A DNA stretch of 64,000 nt from an uncultured Actinomycetota bacterium (GTDB lineage Bacteria; Actinomycetota; Actinomycetes; S36-B12; UBA10799): NCBI GenBank assembly GCA_963704075.1, contig CAVPGV010000011.1:29884-93883 (forward strand). Reading direction: 5' to 3'. This document shows positions 19,573-29,239 of the stretch, piece by piece. The position numbers and the translations under genes are program-made. Position 1 is the stretch's first letter. The number at the start of each line of letters is the position of its first letter. Below the pieces are notes generated by a model. The model did no database searches. It had not been told where the DNA came from and saw nothing but the letters and a program-made list of their open reading frames with translations.

Positions 19573-20934
19573 ATGGCCGATTCTGATTCCGTCGTCCCGC
19601 ACGACATGACGAGCAACTCCGAAGCGTTCGACCTCGACCGCACCCACGTCTTCCATTCCTGGAGCGCCCAGGGAGCCCTCAAACCCCTCGTGTTCCAGTC
19701 CGGCTCCGGCAGTCGTCTGTGGGACTTCGAGGGCAACTCGTACCTCGACTTCTCCAGCCAGCTGGTCAACCTCAACATCGGCCACCAGCACCCCGCCGTG
19801 GTGGCGGCCATCCAGGAGCAGGCCGCGATCCAGGCCACCCTGGCCCCGCAGCACGCATCGCTGGTCCGCGGCCGGACCGCCAAGGCGATCAGCGAGGTCG
19901 CCCCGCCCGGACACAACAAGGTGTTCTTCACCAACGGCGGCGCCGACGCCGCGGAGAATGCGATCCGCATGGCCCGGCTGCACACCGGCAAGCACAAGGT
20001 CCTGAGCTTCTACCGCAGCTACCACGGCAACACCGGCGCTGCCATCAACGCCACCGGCGACCCGAGGCGCTGGCCCAACGAGTTCGCCTACGGCCACGTC
20101 CACTTCTTCGGCCCGTATCTGTACCGTTCGTCGTTCTGGTCGGCCGATGAGCAGCAGGAGACAGAACGCGCGCTGGCCCACCTCGAGGAGGTCATCACGT
20201 TCGAGGGCCCGAACACGGTCGCCGCGGTGCTCATCGAATCCGTCGTCGGAACCGCCGGCGTCCTGGTGCCCCCGCCGGGCTACCTCGATGGGGTCCGGGC
20301 GTTGTGCGACAAGTACGGGATCGTCTACATCGCCGACGAGGTGATGGCGGGATTCGGACGCACCGGTGAATGGCTGGCCATCGACAACTGGGGCGTGAAC
20401 CCCGACCTGATCATCTTCGCCAAGGGTTCGAACTCCGGGTACGTTCCCTTGGGCGGCGTGATCATCAGTGATGAGATCGCCGCCACGTTCGACGACCGGG
20501 TCTTCCCCGGCGGGCTCACCTACAGCGGCCATCCCCTGGCCTGCGCCTCCTCGTTGGCGACCATCGAGGTGATGCGCTCCGAAGGGATCGTCGAACACGC
20601 CAAGAAACTCGGTGAAACCGTCATCGGGCCGGCACTGCGCGAGCTGGCCGAGAAACACCCGGTGATCGGTGAAGTACGTGGCCTGGGGGTTTTCTGGGCT
20701 TTGGACCTGGTCAACGATCGGGCCACCCGCGAGCCGCTGGCCCCGTACGGCGGCACGAGCGAGGCGATGGGCGCGCTGACCAAGGCGTGCGTGTCGCGCG
20801 GGCTACTGCCGTTCGCCAACTTCAACCGGATGCACATCGTCCCGCCCTGCAACATCACCGAGGACGAGATGCGCGAGGGCCTGTCGATCGTCGACGAGGC
20901 GTTCAGCGAGGTCGACTCCTACTACGCGGGGTGA
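19573..20934 (+). CDS. Class III aminotransferase (omega-amino acid/taurine-pyruvate type)
   Basis: HVFHSWSAQ, SYHG, DEVMAGFGRTG, PDLIIFAKG, GLTYSGHP. Confidence 0.9.
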   Translation: MADSDSVVPHDMTSNSEAFDLDRTHVFHSWSAQGALKPLVFQSGSGSRLWDFEGNSYLDFSSQLVNLNIGHQHPAVVAAIQEQAAIQATLAPQHASLVRGRTAKAISEVAPPGHNKVFFTNGGADAAENAIRMARLHTGKHKVLSFYRSYHGNTGAAINATGDPRRWPNEFAYGHVHFFGPYLYRSSFWSADEQQETERALAHLEEVITFEGPNTVAAVLIESVVGTAGVLVPPPGYLDGVRALCDKYGIVYIADEVMAGFGRTGEWLAIDNWGVNPDLIIFAKGSNSGYVPLGGVIISDEIAATFDDRVFPGGLTYSGHPLACASSLATIEVMRSEGIVEHAKKLGETVIGPALRELAEKHPVIGEVRGLGVFWALDLVNDRATREPLAPYGGTSEAMGALTKACVSRGLLPFANFNRMHIVPPCNITEDEMREGLSIVDEAFSEVDSYYAG

Positions 20935-21015
20935 GGAGAGTTCCGCCCGGGCAAAGAGCACGACGATCGGATGAATCCGAACCAACCATGTGGCTTCGAT
21001 GCGTACACTCACCGC

Positions 21016-21888
21016 ATGAACAAACTGCGAACCACTCGTCCGGTCTTTGTGGGCGGCGCCGTGCTCGCAGTCCTGGTCATTGCAGCGCCAACCGCTCAGG
21101 CGGACTCCGTGAAGGTGAAGCTGGTCACGTCCGCAACAGTGTCTGTGGCTGGCTCGCCTGACTCGACTTTTCCCTTCAACAACGATCAGCCGTCGGTTCC
21201 CGAGGGCGCTTGCGGCAAGGGATACGTTCCGATCGCCGTTGGCTGGAAAGGAACCAACACTCCCAGTTCCGGGCCCGGCTGGTTCGTGGGCGCCAAATCC
21301 AACACCACGAAGTACGGCTATCGGCTCAACATCGCGCGCGGCCTGGCACCGGGGACTATGCAGGCCCGCACTGTCTGCGCAAAAGGTCCGGTGAAGGCTG
21401 TCCGGAAAGAAACGTCGCAGGGTTCGGTGCTTCGGTGCGGCGCCAAGACGGCACTGGGCTACTTGAACCTCGTGAGCGTCAAGCAGAGCGCCGCCGTCTC
21501 CTCGACACCCGCGGGCCGCTCCGGGTGGCGCCAGGAGGGGATGGCATCCCCGTACTCGCACAGCGCCGCGGTCTGTGTGGACAAGAAGGCATTCACGAAG
21601 ATCCGGTCCGTGACCAAGAGCACGTCTTTCGCCTTGGGCAACCGCACAGCCACTGTCGCCGCGAAGTGCCCCAAGGGAAGCCGCGCCCTCGCGTGGGGAT
21701 TCTCGTCACCATTGATGCCTGCCAACGCTTGGTCGGGCAGCGGATCGGTCGAGTCGCCCTTCGTCGAATCCGCCGTCCCCGCGAAATCGAAGTGGACCGT
21801 GACCTTCTCGACTCCGGACCTTCAGGGCGCCAACCAAGCGGCTGAGGTCTCGGCGACCGCTGTCTGCGGCAAACCGCGTAGTCGATAG
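21016..21888 (+). CDS. Secreted hypothetical protein with three Cys-bracketed repeats
   Basis: Signal peptide ending AQA; units start CGKG/CGAK/CPKG and end TVC/AVC/AVC. Confidence 0.75.
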   Translation: MNKLRTTRPVFVGGAVLAVLVIAAPTAQADSVKVKLVTSATVSVAGSPDSTFPFNNDQPSVPEGACGKGYVPIAVGWKGTNTPSSGPGWFVGAKSNTTKYGYRLNIARGLAPGTMQARTVCAKGPVKAVRKETSQGSVLRCGAKTALGYLNLVSVKQSAAVSSTPAGRSGWRQEGMASPYSHSAAVCVDKKAFTKIRSVTKSTSFALGNRTATVAAKCPKGSRALAWGFSSPLMPANAWSGSGSVESPFVESAVPAKSKWTVTFSTPDLQGANQAAEVSATAVCGKPRSR

Positions 21889-22047
21889 TGGCGATCTGCG
21901 CTGCATCTTGGGAATTCACAGCCAACCACCCCCCGGGAGAAGCGATCATTGAACGCGACGTCTTTGGCCGGGACCGGCCGATGATCATCTTGGGGTCCGA
22001 CGAACTCAGTATCGCTGTGCTGGCAGCAGGAATCACGCAGCAACCGT

Positions 22048-22085
22048 GTTACATCCCTGAAACAACAAGGTGACGGCCGGGAAAC
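22048..22085 (+). promoter_or_regulatory. Tandem GlnR boxes
   Basis: GTTAC-n6-GAAAC-n6-GTGAC-n6-GAAAC upstream of glnA matches the actinobacterial GlnR consensus gTnAc-n6-GaAAc. Confidence 0.9.
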
Positions 22086-22179
22086 GCACGAAACGTATGG
22101 TCATGGCAGACGCACGCCACTGGCGAGCGCATGGACAAGGTGGGGGTCACCCCGCCATCGAGACAGATGAGGGAGTCTG

Positions 22180-23613
22180 ATGTTCAGCAATCCTGACGAG
22201 GTAATCCGGTTTATCCAGGAGGAGGACGTCAAATTCGTCGACGTCCGCTTCTGCGACCTGCCCGGCGTCATGCAGCACTTCAATGTCCCCGCCGAATCGG
22301 TCGACGCGGACTTCTTCGCCAACGGCCAGATGTTCGACGGCTCGTCGATCCGGGGCTTCCAGGCCATCCATGAGTCGGACATGAAACTCACCCCCGATCT
22401 GGGCAGCGCCTACCTGGACCCGTTCCGCGATGAGAAGACCCTGATCGTGAACATGTCGATCCGCGACCCGTTCACCGACGAGTTGTACAGCCGCGACCCA
22501 CGCAACATCGCCGCCAAGGCCGAGGCCTACCTGAAGTCGACGGGCATCGCCGACACCGCCTTCTTCGCACCCGAGGCGGAGTTCTACATCTTCGACTCGG
22601 TGCGCTTCGAGACCAAGCAGAACGCCGGGTACTACTTCATCGACTCCGTCGAGGGAAAGTGGAACTCCGGGCGGGAGAACGAGCCCGATGGCTCCCCGAA
22701 CCGCGGCTACAAGACCCCCTACAAGGGCGGGTACTTCCCGGTTCCGCCGGTCGACCACTACGCGGACCTGCGCGACCAGATGACGCTCACCCTCGCCGAG
22801 GTCGGCCTGAGCGTCGAGCGCGCCCACCACGAGGTGGGTACAGCTGGCCAGGCGGAGATCAACTACCGCTTCGACTCGCTGGCCAAGGCCGCCGACGACG
22901 TCATGAAGTTCAAGTACGTCATCAAGAACGTGGGTTGGGCCGCCGGCAAATCGGTGACCTTCATGCCCAAGCCGATCTTCGGTGACAACGGCTCGGGCAT
23001 GCACGTGCACCAGTCGCTGTGGAAGGACGGCGAGCCGCTGTTCTATGACGAACTCGGCTACGCGGGGCTCTCGGACATGGCCCGCTGGTACATCGGTGGT
23101 CTGCTCAAGCACGCCCCGGCCGTGCTGGCGTTCACCAACCCGACGGTGAACTCCTACCACCGCCTCGTGCCCGGCTTCGAGGCCCCGGTCAACCTGGTGT
23201 ACTCGCAGCGCAACCGCTCCGCCTGCATCCGGATCCCGATCACCGGGAACAACCCGAAGGCCAAGCGCATCGAGTTCCGCGTGCCGGACCCCTCGAGCAA
23301 CCCGTACCTGGCCTTCTCGGCCATGCTCATGGCCGGCATCGACGGCATCAAGAACAAGATCGAGCCGGTCGAGCCGGTCGACAAGGACCTGTACGAGTTG
23401 CCGCCGGATGAGGCAGCCAACATCCCGCAGGTGCCCGGGACGCTGTCCGATGTGCTCGACGCACTCGAAGCCGACCACGACTTCCTCACCGAGGGTGGGG
23501 TGTTCACCGACGATCTGATCGAGACGTGGATCGACTACAAGCGGACCAACGAGGTGGACCCGATCCGCCTGCGCCCGCACCCGCACGAGTTCGAGATGTA
23601 CTACGACATCTAG
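22180..23613 (+). CDS. glnA: Glutamine synthetase type I (GSI-beta)
   Basis: [45 protein letters not shown] adenylylation site. Confidence 0.98.
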   Translation: MFSNPDEVIRFIQEEDVKFVDVRFCDLPGVMQHFNVPAESVDADFFANGQMFDGSSIRGFQAIHESDMKLTPDLGSAYLDPFRDEKTLIVNMSIRDPFTDELYSRDPRNIAAKAEAYLKSTGIADTAFFAPEAEFYIFDSVRFETKQNAGYYFIDSVEGKWNSGRENEPDGSPNRGYKTPYKGGYFPVPPVDHYADLRDQMTLTLAEVGLSVERAHHEVGTAGQAEINYRFDSLAKAADDVMKFKYVIKNVGWAAGKSVTFMPKPIFGDNGSGMHVHQSLWKDGEPLFYDELGYAGLSDMARWYIGGLLKHAPAVLAFTNPTVNSYHRLVPGFEAPVNLVYSQRNRSACIRIPITGNNPKAKRIEFRVPDPSSNPYLAFSAMLMAGIDGIKNKIEPVEPVDKDLYELPPDEAANIPQVPGTLSDVLDALEADHDFLTEGGVFTDDLIETWIDYKRTNEVDPIRLRPHPHEFEMYYDI

Positions 23614-23624
23614 GCCCTACTACC

Positions 23625-23663
23625 GGAAGGACCTCCGACCTGCGCAGGGTCGGAGGTCCTTCC
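23625..23663 (+). terminator. Intrinsic terminator hairpin
   Basis: GGAAGGACCTCCGACC-N7-GGTCGGAGGTCCTTCC just after the glnA stop. Confidence 0.85.
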
Positions 23664-23679
23664 TTGTGCACGGTGCCCG

Positions 23680-23819
23680 CCGAAAGTGGGCACGGGATCC
23701 CTCGAACTGCCCACTTTTGGTGGTGGACATCCGCCCTTAAGCGCGCATTTCGGGCGCAATTTCCTCCCAAAGATGGCAGTTTCCTGAATTGGCCGCCATC
23801 CACTGCCCACTTTGGGAGG
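23680..23819. repeat. Two related palindromic units (REP-like)
   Basis: AAAGTGGGCA...TGCCCACTTT, then CCTCCCAAAGATGGCAGT...ACTGCCCACTTTGGGAGG. Confidence 0.65.
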
Positions 23820-23853
23820 TCAGATCAGGATCACCCCTGATTGACTGGGGCGC

Positions 23854-25460
23854 GTGACGACTGCCGACATGGTCATCAAGGGCGCTCGGATCTGGGGCAG
23901 CACCGACGCTGCGATCGGTATCCGAGGAGATCGCATCGTGCCCGCAGAGGTAGGCCCCAGCACGCGGGTGATCGAGGCTTCCGGCGCAACCGTGCTGCCG
24001 GGTTTCCAGGATGCCCACGTGCACACGCCCTTCGCGGGGTTGAACATGTTGCGCGTGTGGCTCAACGATGCCGTCGATCGCCGCGAGTACCTGCAGATCA
24101 TCGCCGAACACGTACGCAGCCACCCGGGCAGCGACTGGGTCACGGGCGGCGGCTGGGCGATGTCAGCCTTCCCGGGCGGCAACCCGCACAAGGCTGACCT
24201 CGACGCGATCGTGCCCGACCGTCCGGTCTTCTTGTTGAACCGCGACGTCCACGGCGCCTGGGTCAATTCCCGGGCACTGGAGATCGCGGGGATCACCGCA
24301 ACCACCCCGGATCCGCCCGATGGGCGCATCGAACGCGATCCCACGACCGGGGAGCCCACCGGCATGCTGCACGAAGGTGCGGCCTACAGCGTGAACGAAC
24401 GCGTGGTCCCCGCGCCGTCGCAGGAGCAATGGCGTGCAGGCATCCTCGAGGGCCAACGCCACCTGCATTCCCTCGGAGTCACCGCCTGGCAGGACGCCTG
24501 GGTGACACCTGCGACACAGCTGGCCTACCGCGATCTTGCCCGCGAAGGTCTCCTGACCGCACGTGTGGTCGGCGCACTCTGGTGGGACCGTCACCGCGGC
24601 CTCGAGCAGATCGACGAACTGCTCGAGGCGCACCACCGAATCAGGCTGACGGCTTCCACCCGACCACCGTCAAGATCATGATCGACGGGGTCCTGGAGAA
24701 CTACACGGGCGCTCTACTCGAGCCGTACTGCGACGGATGTGGTGGCCATACCTCCAACCACGGCATGACCTTCGTAGATCCGGACCTGCTCGATGCCGCG
24801 GTCACCGCTCTGGACGGCCACGGCCTGCAAGTCCACATGCATGCGATCGGTGACCGCGCTGTGCGCATGGGGTTGGACGCAGTGCAGGCGGCCAGAACGG
24901 CCAACGGCCCGGCCGACAACCGCCACCACATCGCCCACATCCAGGTGGTCCATCCCGACGACATCTCGCGTTTCGGCCGACTCGCAGTCGTCGCCAACTG
25001 CCAGATGTACTGGGCCTCGAGCGATCCGCAGATGCAGGAGTTGACCATCCCGTTCCTCGGGGCCGAGAGGTCGGGACAGCAGTATCCCTTCGCCTCCCTG
25101 CAACGTTCGGGTGCGCTGCTGGCCGCAGGCAGCGACTGGTCGGTCTCCACGGCGAACCCGTTGGCTCAGATCGAGGTCGGGGCAACACGAATCGATCCCG
25201 CCGATCGCGATGATGCAACACCCTTCCTGCCGACTGAGGCGATCGACGTCCGCGCGGGTATCGAGGCCTTCACATCGGGTGCTGCCTACGTCAACCACGA
25301 CACCGATGGAGGGGTTCTGGTGGTGGGCAAACGAGCGGATCTCGTACTGCTGGGCGCGGACATCACCCGCGGCGCGCTGACGTCCGGTCGCGGGTTGGCA
25401 GACGTGCCGATCGACATGACGATCGCGTCGGGCCGGGTGGTGCATTCCAGGCTGGAATGA
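23854..25460 (+). CDS. YtcJ-like amidohydrolase 3 family protein (frameshift near 24640)
   Basis: PGFQDAHVH, HGAWVNS, GRIERD, then KIMIDG, HMHAIGD, AGSDW, GKRADLV. Confidence 0.88.
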
Positions 25461-25490
25461 GCGCCTTGCACCGGGGCCACGCGCGCCGGC

Positions 25491-27254
25491 TCACACGGCC
25501 GGATTCACCGAGCGGTTGTGCATCAACAACGACAGCAGGTCCTCCGGCGGCCCCACCACGTACGCGTCGTCCCCGGCCCGCAGCGTGGTCTGGCTGCGCG
25601 GTAGATGCTCGAGACCACCTTGTCTGGTCAAGGCGATCACCCTCGCCCGCATCGGCAGGTCGAGCATCGAAACCCCGGACAGCCCTCCTTCGGCCCGTAC
25701 CGTTAGCCGACCCGCGATGAACGTCTCCTGATCCACCGCGAAGGTCGCGATCACATCGAGTCCCAGTGCAGCGGCCACGAACCAGGGCGCCGAAACCGCG
25801 GAGACGCTACGGACGTGGTGGAACTTGAGCCGTTGCTCGAGCATCGCCGCCAGTCGGCGATCGAAGACCCGCATGACGACAGGCACGTCGGGCCAGCGCT
25901 GGGCGAGACTGTCGCGCACCGCCAAGCCCGTCTCAAGGTTGGCGTACTCGTCGGAGGTCAAGACCGCAACCGCGGCGGCGCTCGGAATGTTCGCCGAGAC
26001 CAAGGTTTGCGCCTGGGTCGCATCTTGCGCGATGACCGGCACACCGAGGGCCCGCGCCCTGCCGATGCGGCGGTTGTTCGCATCGCGCTCCACCACGACG
26101 ACTTGCTGGCCCATCGCGACCAGTCGCTCGACGACGGCCACCCCCAGCGAGCCGAGCCCCACCACGACCACGTGGTTGGTCATCCCTGTCACGCGCAGCA
26201 AGCCGAAGGTCGCGGCCAGCCGGCGGCTCACCAGGAACTCGGTGACCAATGCGTACAGGATGGCCATGAGGGCAACGGTCATGATCATGACCAAGATCGC
26301 CACGATCCGCAGATACCCTGGCTGGGCGTCGAACGCGAAGTCACCGTACCCGACGGTCGCTAGTGTCTCCACCGAGAAATAGACCGCATCGAGCAGGTCC
26401 ATCTTGTCGTTGGCCGTGTCCACGTACCCGAACATGAGGATCACCGCGAACAGCGAGCCGAGCACGAACAGGCCGCTGACGGTCCATTTCAGGGCACTGT
26501 TGGCGCCGTAGGAGAGGTTGCGTGCCAGAACCTGCAGTGGCCGGCGTGTGGGCCGCCCTGGGCGGACTGGGACCCCCAGCGGCTGCGCAGGCGCCTCCTG
26601 GAAATCCGTCAGTTCGGACTCCAGGCCGACCAGAGCCACGCGGTCGCCGATGGACACCGACGTTTCGCGACTCGGGCAGATCGCCGTCGTCGCGTCTTGG
26701 TACGTGACCAGGATCGGTGCCAGTTCCCCGAAAAGGTCCTGCAGTCTCCCCGACGCCCGCACCTCGACCTCGCGCACTGCGTAGTCGTCATCCGCTATCT
26801 GCATCCGGTGCAGCCGTTCGTCCAGCACCGATTCGACGAAGGTCGGCGCCGCCAGATCCGCCGGGTTCACGACCAGCCCCCGGGGGATCGCCGAGGTGAT
26901 GGCCCTGCCCACCGCCGGATTGGACTGCCGGACGATGACGCGCGTCTGCGGAGCGAGCTCCTGCACCAGCAGAGCTGCCTCCAGGCAGCGCAGATCGTCG
27001 TCCTCCACGCACACGACGCACACAGCGCCCGCAAGGCCCGCGGACCACAGGCTCTCCGGGTTGCGGGGGCTGGCATCCACGCGGGGCACATCGAGGGTCT
27101 GCACCACACGCAGGTGCTGCTCCTGTGCGGCGGTTCCGACGATCACGACCCGGATACCCGCCGATCGCAGCAGTTCCACCACCCGCACCCCGAGGCCCTG
27201 TACTCCGCACACGATCACGTGGCCGATCCAGGTCCGGGGGTTCGACGTATCCAT
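25491..27254 (-). CDS. Potassium channel protein with TrkA/RCK domains on both sides of the pore
   Basis: HVIVCGVQGLG, pore TVGYGD between two TM helices, HVVVVGLGSLG, C-terminal RCK_C-like TLRAGD. Confidence 0.87.
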   Translation of the reverse strand: MDTSNPRTWIGHVIVCGVQGLGVRVVELLRSAGIRVVIVGTAAQEQHLRVVQTLDVPRVDASPRNPESLWSAGLAGAVCVVCVEDDDLRCLEAALLVQELAPQTRVIVRQSNPAVGRAITSAIPRGLVVNPADLAAPTFVESVLDERLHRMQIADDDYAVREVEVRASGRLQDLFGELAPILVTYQDATTAICPSRETSVSIGDRVALVGLESELTDFQEAPAQPLGVPVRPGRPTRRPLQVLARNLSYGANSALKWTVSGLFVLGSLFAVILMFGYVDTANDKMDLLDAVYFSVETLATVGYGDFAFDAQPGYLRIVAILVMIMTVALMAILYALVTEFLVSRRLAATFGLLRVTGMTNHVVVVGLGSLGVAVVERLVAMGQQVVVVERDANNRRIGRARALGVPVIAQDATQAQTLVSANIPSAAAVAVLTSDEYANLETGLAVRDSLAQRWPDVPVVMRVFDRRLAAMLEQRLKFHHVRSVSAVSAPWFVAAALGLDVIATFAVDQETFIAGRLTVRAEGGLSGVSMLDLPMRARVIALTRQGGLEHLPRSQTTLRAGDDAYVVGPPEDLLSLLMHNRSVNPAV

Positions 27255-27538
27255 AGCGGTTCGCACGTTACCGATCACGGGGCCGGGATGTGTCCGTGTC
27301 GGCACACACCGACGACGTGACCGTGCGGTCACCGAATTCGCCGAACACGCCGTACGGTCATGCCGCTGGAGGTCGCCACCGCCAGGTCGCTCCAACCAAG
27401 GCGCCACTGGCACTGACCGCGGACGAGTCGCGATTCCACTACTGCAACGCAATCGGCCGCCCCGCTGCACGAGTGTCGACTCGCACCGGACCCTCGCCGC
27501 GGCGTAGCGTCAGGTCCGGACAGCGAACAGGAGTCGGC

Positions 27539-29230
27539 ATGCGTCAGCGAGTGGGAGAGATCCTGGTCGCGTGGGGGGCGATCACCCAGGAGGAATTGCG
27601 CCACTGCCTGGTGGTGCAGTCACAGGAGCCGCCGCGACAGCGAAGGCGATTGGGCCGCATCCTGCTCGACGAGGAGCGGGTGACCGAGATCGCATTGGCC
27701 GCTGCGCTGGCCCGAGCCCATGGACTGAGTTCGGTGGATCTGACGCAGGAGGAGATCGACCCTGACGTCTCCCGCTCGATCCCCCAGATCGTGGCGACGA
27801 AGGCGCTCGTGGTCCCGCTGTCGCGCCACGACAACGTGTTGCGCGTGGCGGCCGCAGACCCTGTCGACGTGGTCGGGCTCGACGACATCCGTCTGCACCT
27901 GCAGCGCAAACACCGCGGCATGACCCTCGAGGTGGTAGTGGCGCCGGAGAGCCAGATCAGGCGGCGACTGGCCGCCACCTGGAGCGAGGCCAATGCGTTC
28001 GACGCCCTCGAAGGCTTCGACGAGTCGCAGAAAGCCGCACCGGTCGAGTCGGAAACAGGAGCCGGCGACGAGGGCGCCGTGGCCGCGGTCCACCAGATCC
28101 TGGCCACCGCCATTCGGATGGGCGCAAGCGACATCCACATCGAGCCGATGGCCGACGAAGTGCGAGTGCGGATGCGGGTGGATGGAGGCCTGCGCAAGGT
28201 GATGACCCTGCCCCGCTCCGGCCAGGCGCCACTCACCTCGCGCATCAAGATCATCGCGAACCTGGACATCGCCCAGAAGCGCGTGCCACAGGACGGCCGG
28301 GCGCGAGTCCGCCTCGACGGGGTGGGGCGCAACATCCGGGTCTCGACGCTGCCGACGTTGCACGGCGAGACACTCGTGATCCGGCTGCTGGCCGACATCG
28401 GGGAACTGCCGGCCCTGACGGCACTGGGAATCCCCGACGACATGCTGTCGAGAGTGCACCAGGCGCTGCGCAGCAATCAGGGTCTGGTGCTCATCACCGG
28501 GCCCACCGGCTCGGGCAAGACCACGACGCTGTATTCAGCCATCCACGAGGTCGTGACCGGCGACCGAAACCTCATCACGCTGGAGGAGCCGGTCGAGATC
28601 GAACTGCCCGGGGTCAGCCAGGTGCAGATCGACGAGAAGTCCGGCATGACCTTCGCCGCCGGCCTGCGCTCGGTCCTGCGGCAGGACCCGGACATCATCA
28701 TGGTCGGCGAGATCCGGGACAAGGTGACCGCCGAGTTGGCGATCCGGGCCGCGCTGACCGGTCACCTGGTACTGGCCACCGTGCACACCGTCGACGCACC
28801 CTCGGCGGTGATGCGACTGGTCGACATGGGTGTGCCGCGGTACCTGATCGCCTCGTCGCTGATCATGGTGATCGCACAGCGACTCGTGCGAAGGCCCTGT
28901 CCCCACTGCATGGCTCCCGACCCGGCGGACGCCGAAACCCGGGAACGCCTGCACCTCACCGATGCCCAGGCGGCGAGCATGGTCGCGGGCAAAGGTTGCG
29001 AACGGTGCGACGCGCACGGGTACCGCGGCCGGATGGGCGTCTTCGAGGTGCTGCCCGTGAGCAAGGCGGTGCGGGCGGCGCTCACCTCCGGCGGGGACGA
29101 GGAGGTCCTGGCGAAAGCCGCCACCCCCGAGGGATGGAAGCCGCTGCTCGAGGCCGGGGTGGAATTGGCCACGCGACACGAGACAACCACCGCGGAGTTG
29201 TTAAGGGTTCTCCTGTCGGGCGCTTCCTGA
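27539..29230 (+). CDS. GspE/PilB family secretion ATPase with N-terminal MshEN domain
   Basis: RVGEILVAWGAITQEELRHCLVVQ and RLGRILL; ASDIHIEP, PQDGR, GPTGSGKTTT, LRQDPDIIMVGEIRD, TGHLV, CPHC..CERC. Confidence 0.93.
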   Translation: MRQRVGEILVAWGAITQEELRHCLVVQSQEPPRQRRRLGRILLDEERVTEIALAAALARAHGLSSVDLTQEEIDPDVSRSIPQIVATKALVVPLSRHDNVLRVAAADPVDVVGLDDIRLHLQRKHRGMTLEVVVAPESQIRRRLAATWSEANAFDALEGFDESQKAAPVESETGAGDEGAVAAVHQILATAIRMGASDIHIEPMADEVRVRMRVDGGLRKVMTLPRSGQAPLTSRIKIIANLDIAQKRVPQDGRARVRLDGVGRNIRVSTLPTLHGETLVIRLLADIGELPALTALGIPDDMLSRVHQALRSNQGLVLITGPTGSGKTTTLYSAIHEVVTGDRNLITLEEPVEIELPGVSQVQIDEKSGMTFAAGLRSVLRQDPDIIMVGEIRDKVTAELAIRAALTGHLVLATVHTVDAPSAVMRLVDMGVPRYLIASSLIMVIAQRLVRRPCPHCMAPDPADAETRERLHLTDAQAASMVAGKGCERCDAHGYRGRMGVFEVLPVSKAVRAALTSGGDEEVLAKAATPEGWKPLLEAGVELATRHETTTAELLRVLLSGAS

Positions 29231-29239
29231 CGGCGGATC

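Noticed and set aside
21888-22073. 61-aa ORF before glnA
   Set aside because: No clear RBS or motif, and it overlaps the GlnR boxes.
27255-27538. c-di-GMP or c-di-AMP riboswitch between the K+ channel and the ATPase
   Set aside because: By eye, neither strand shows the conserved GEMM or ydaO core sequences; only generic hairpins.
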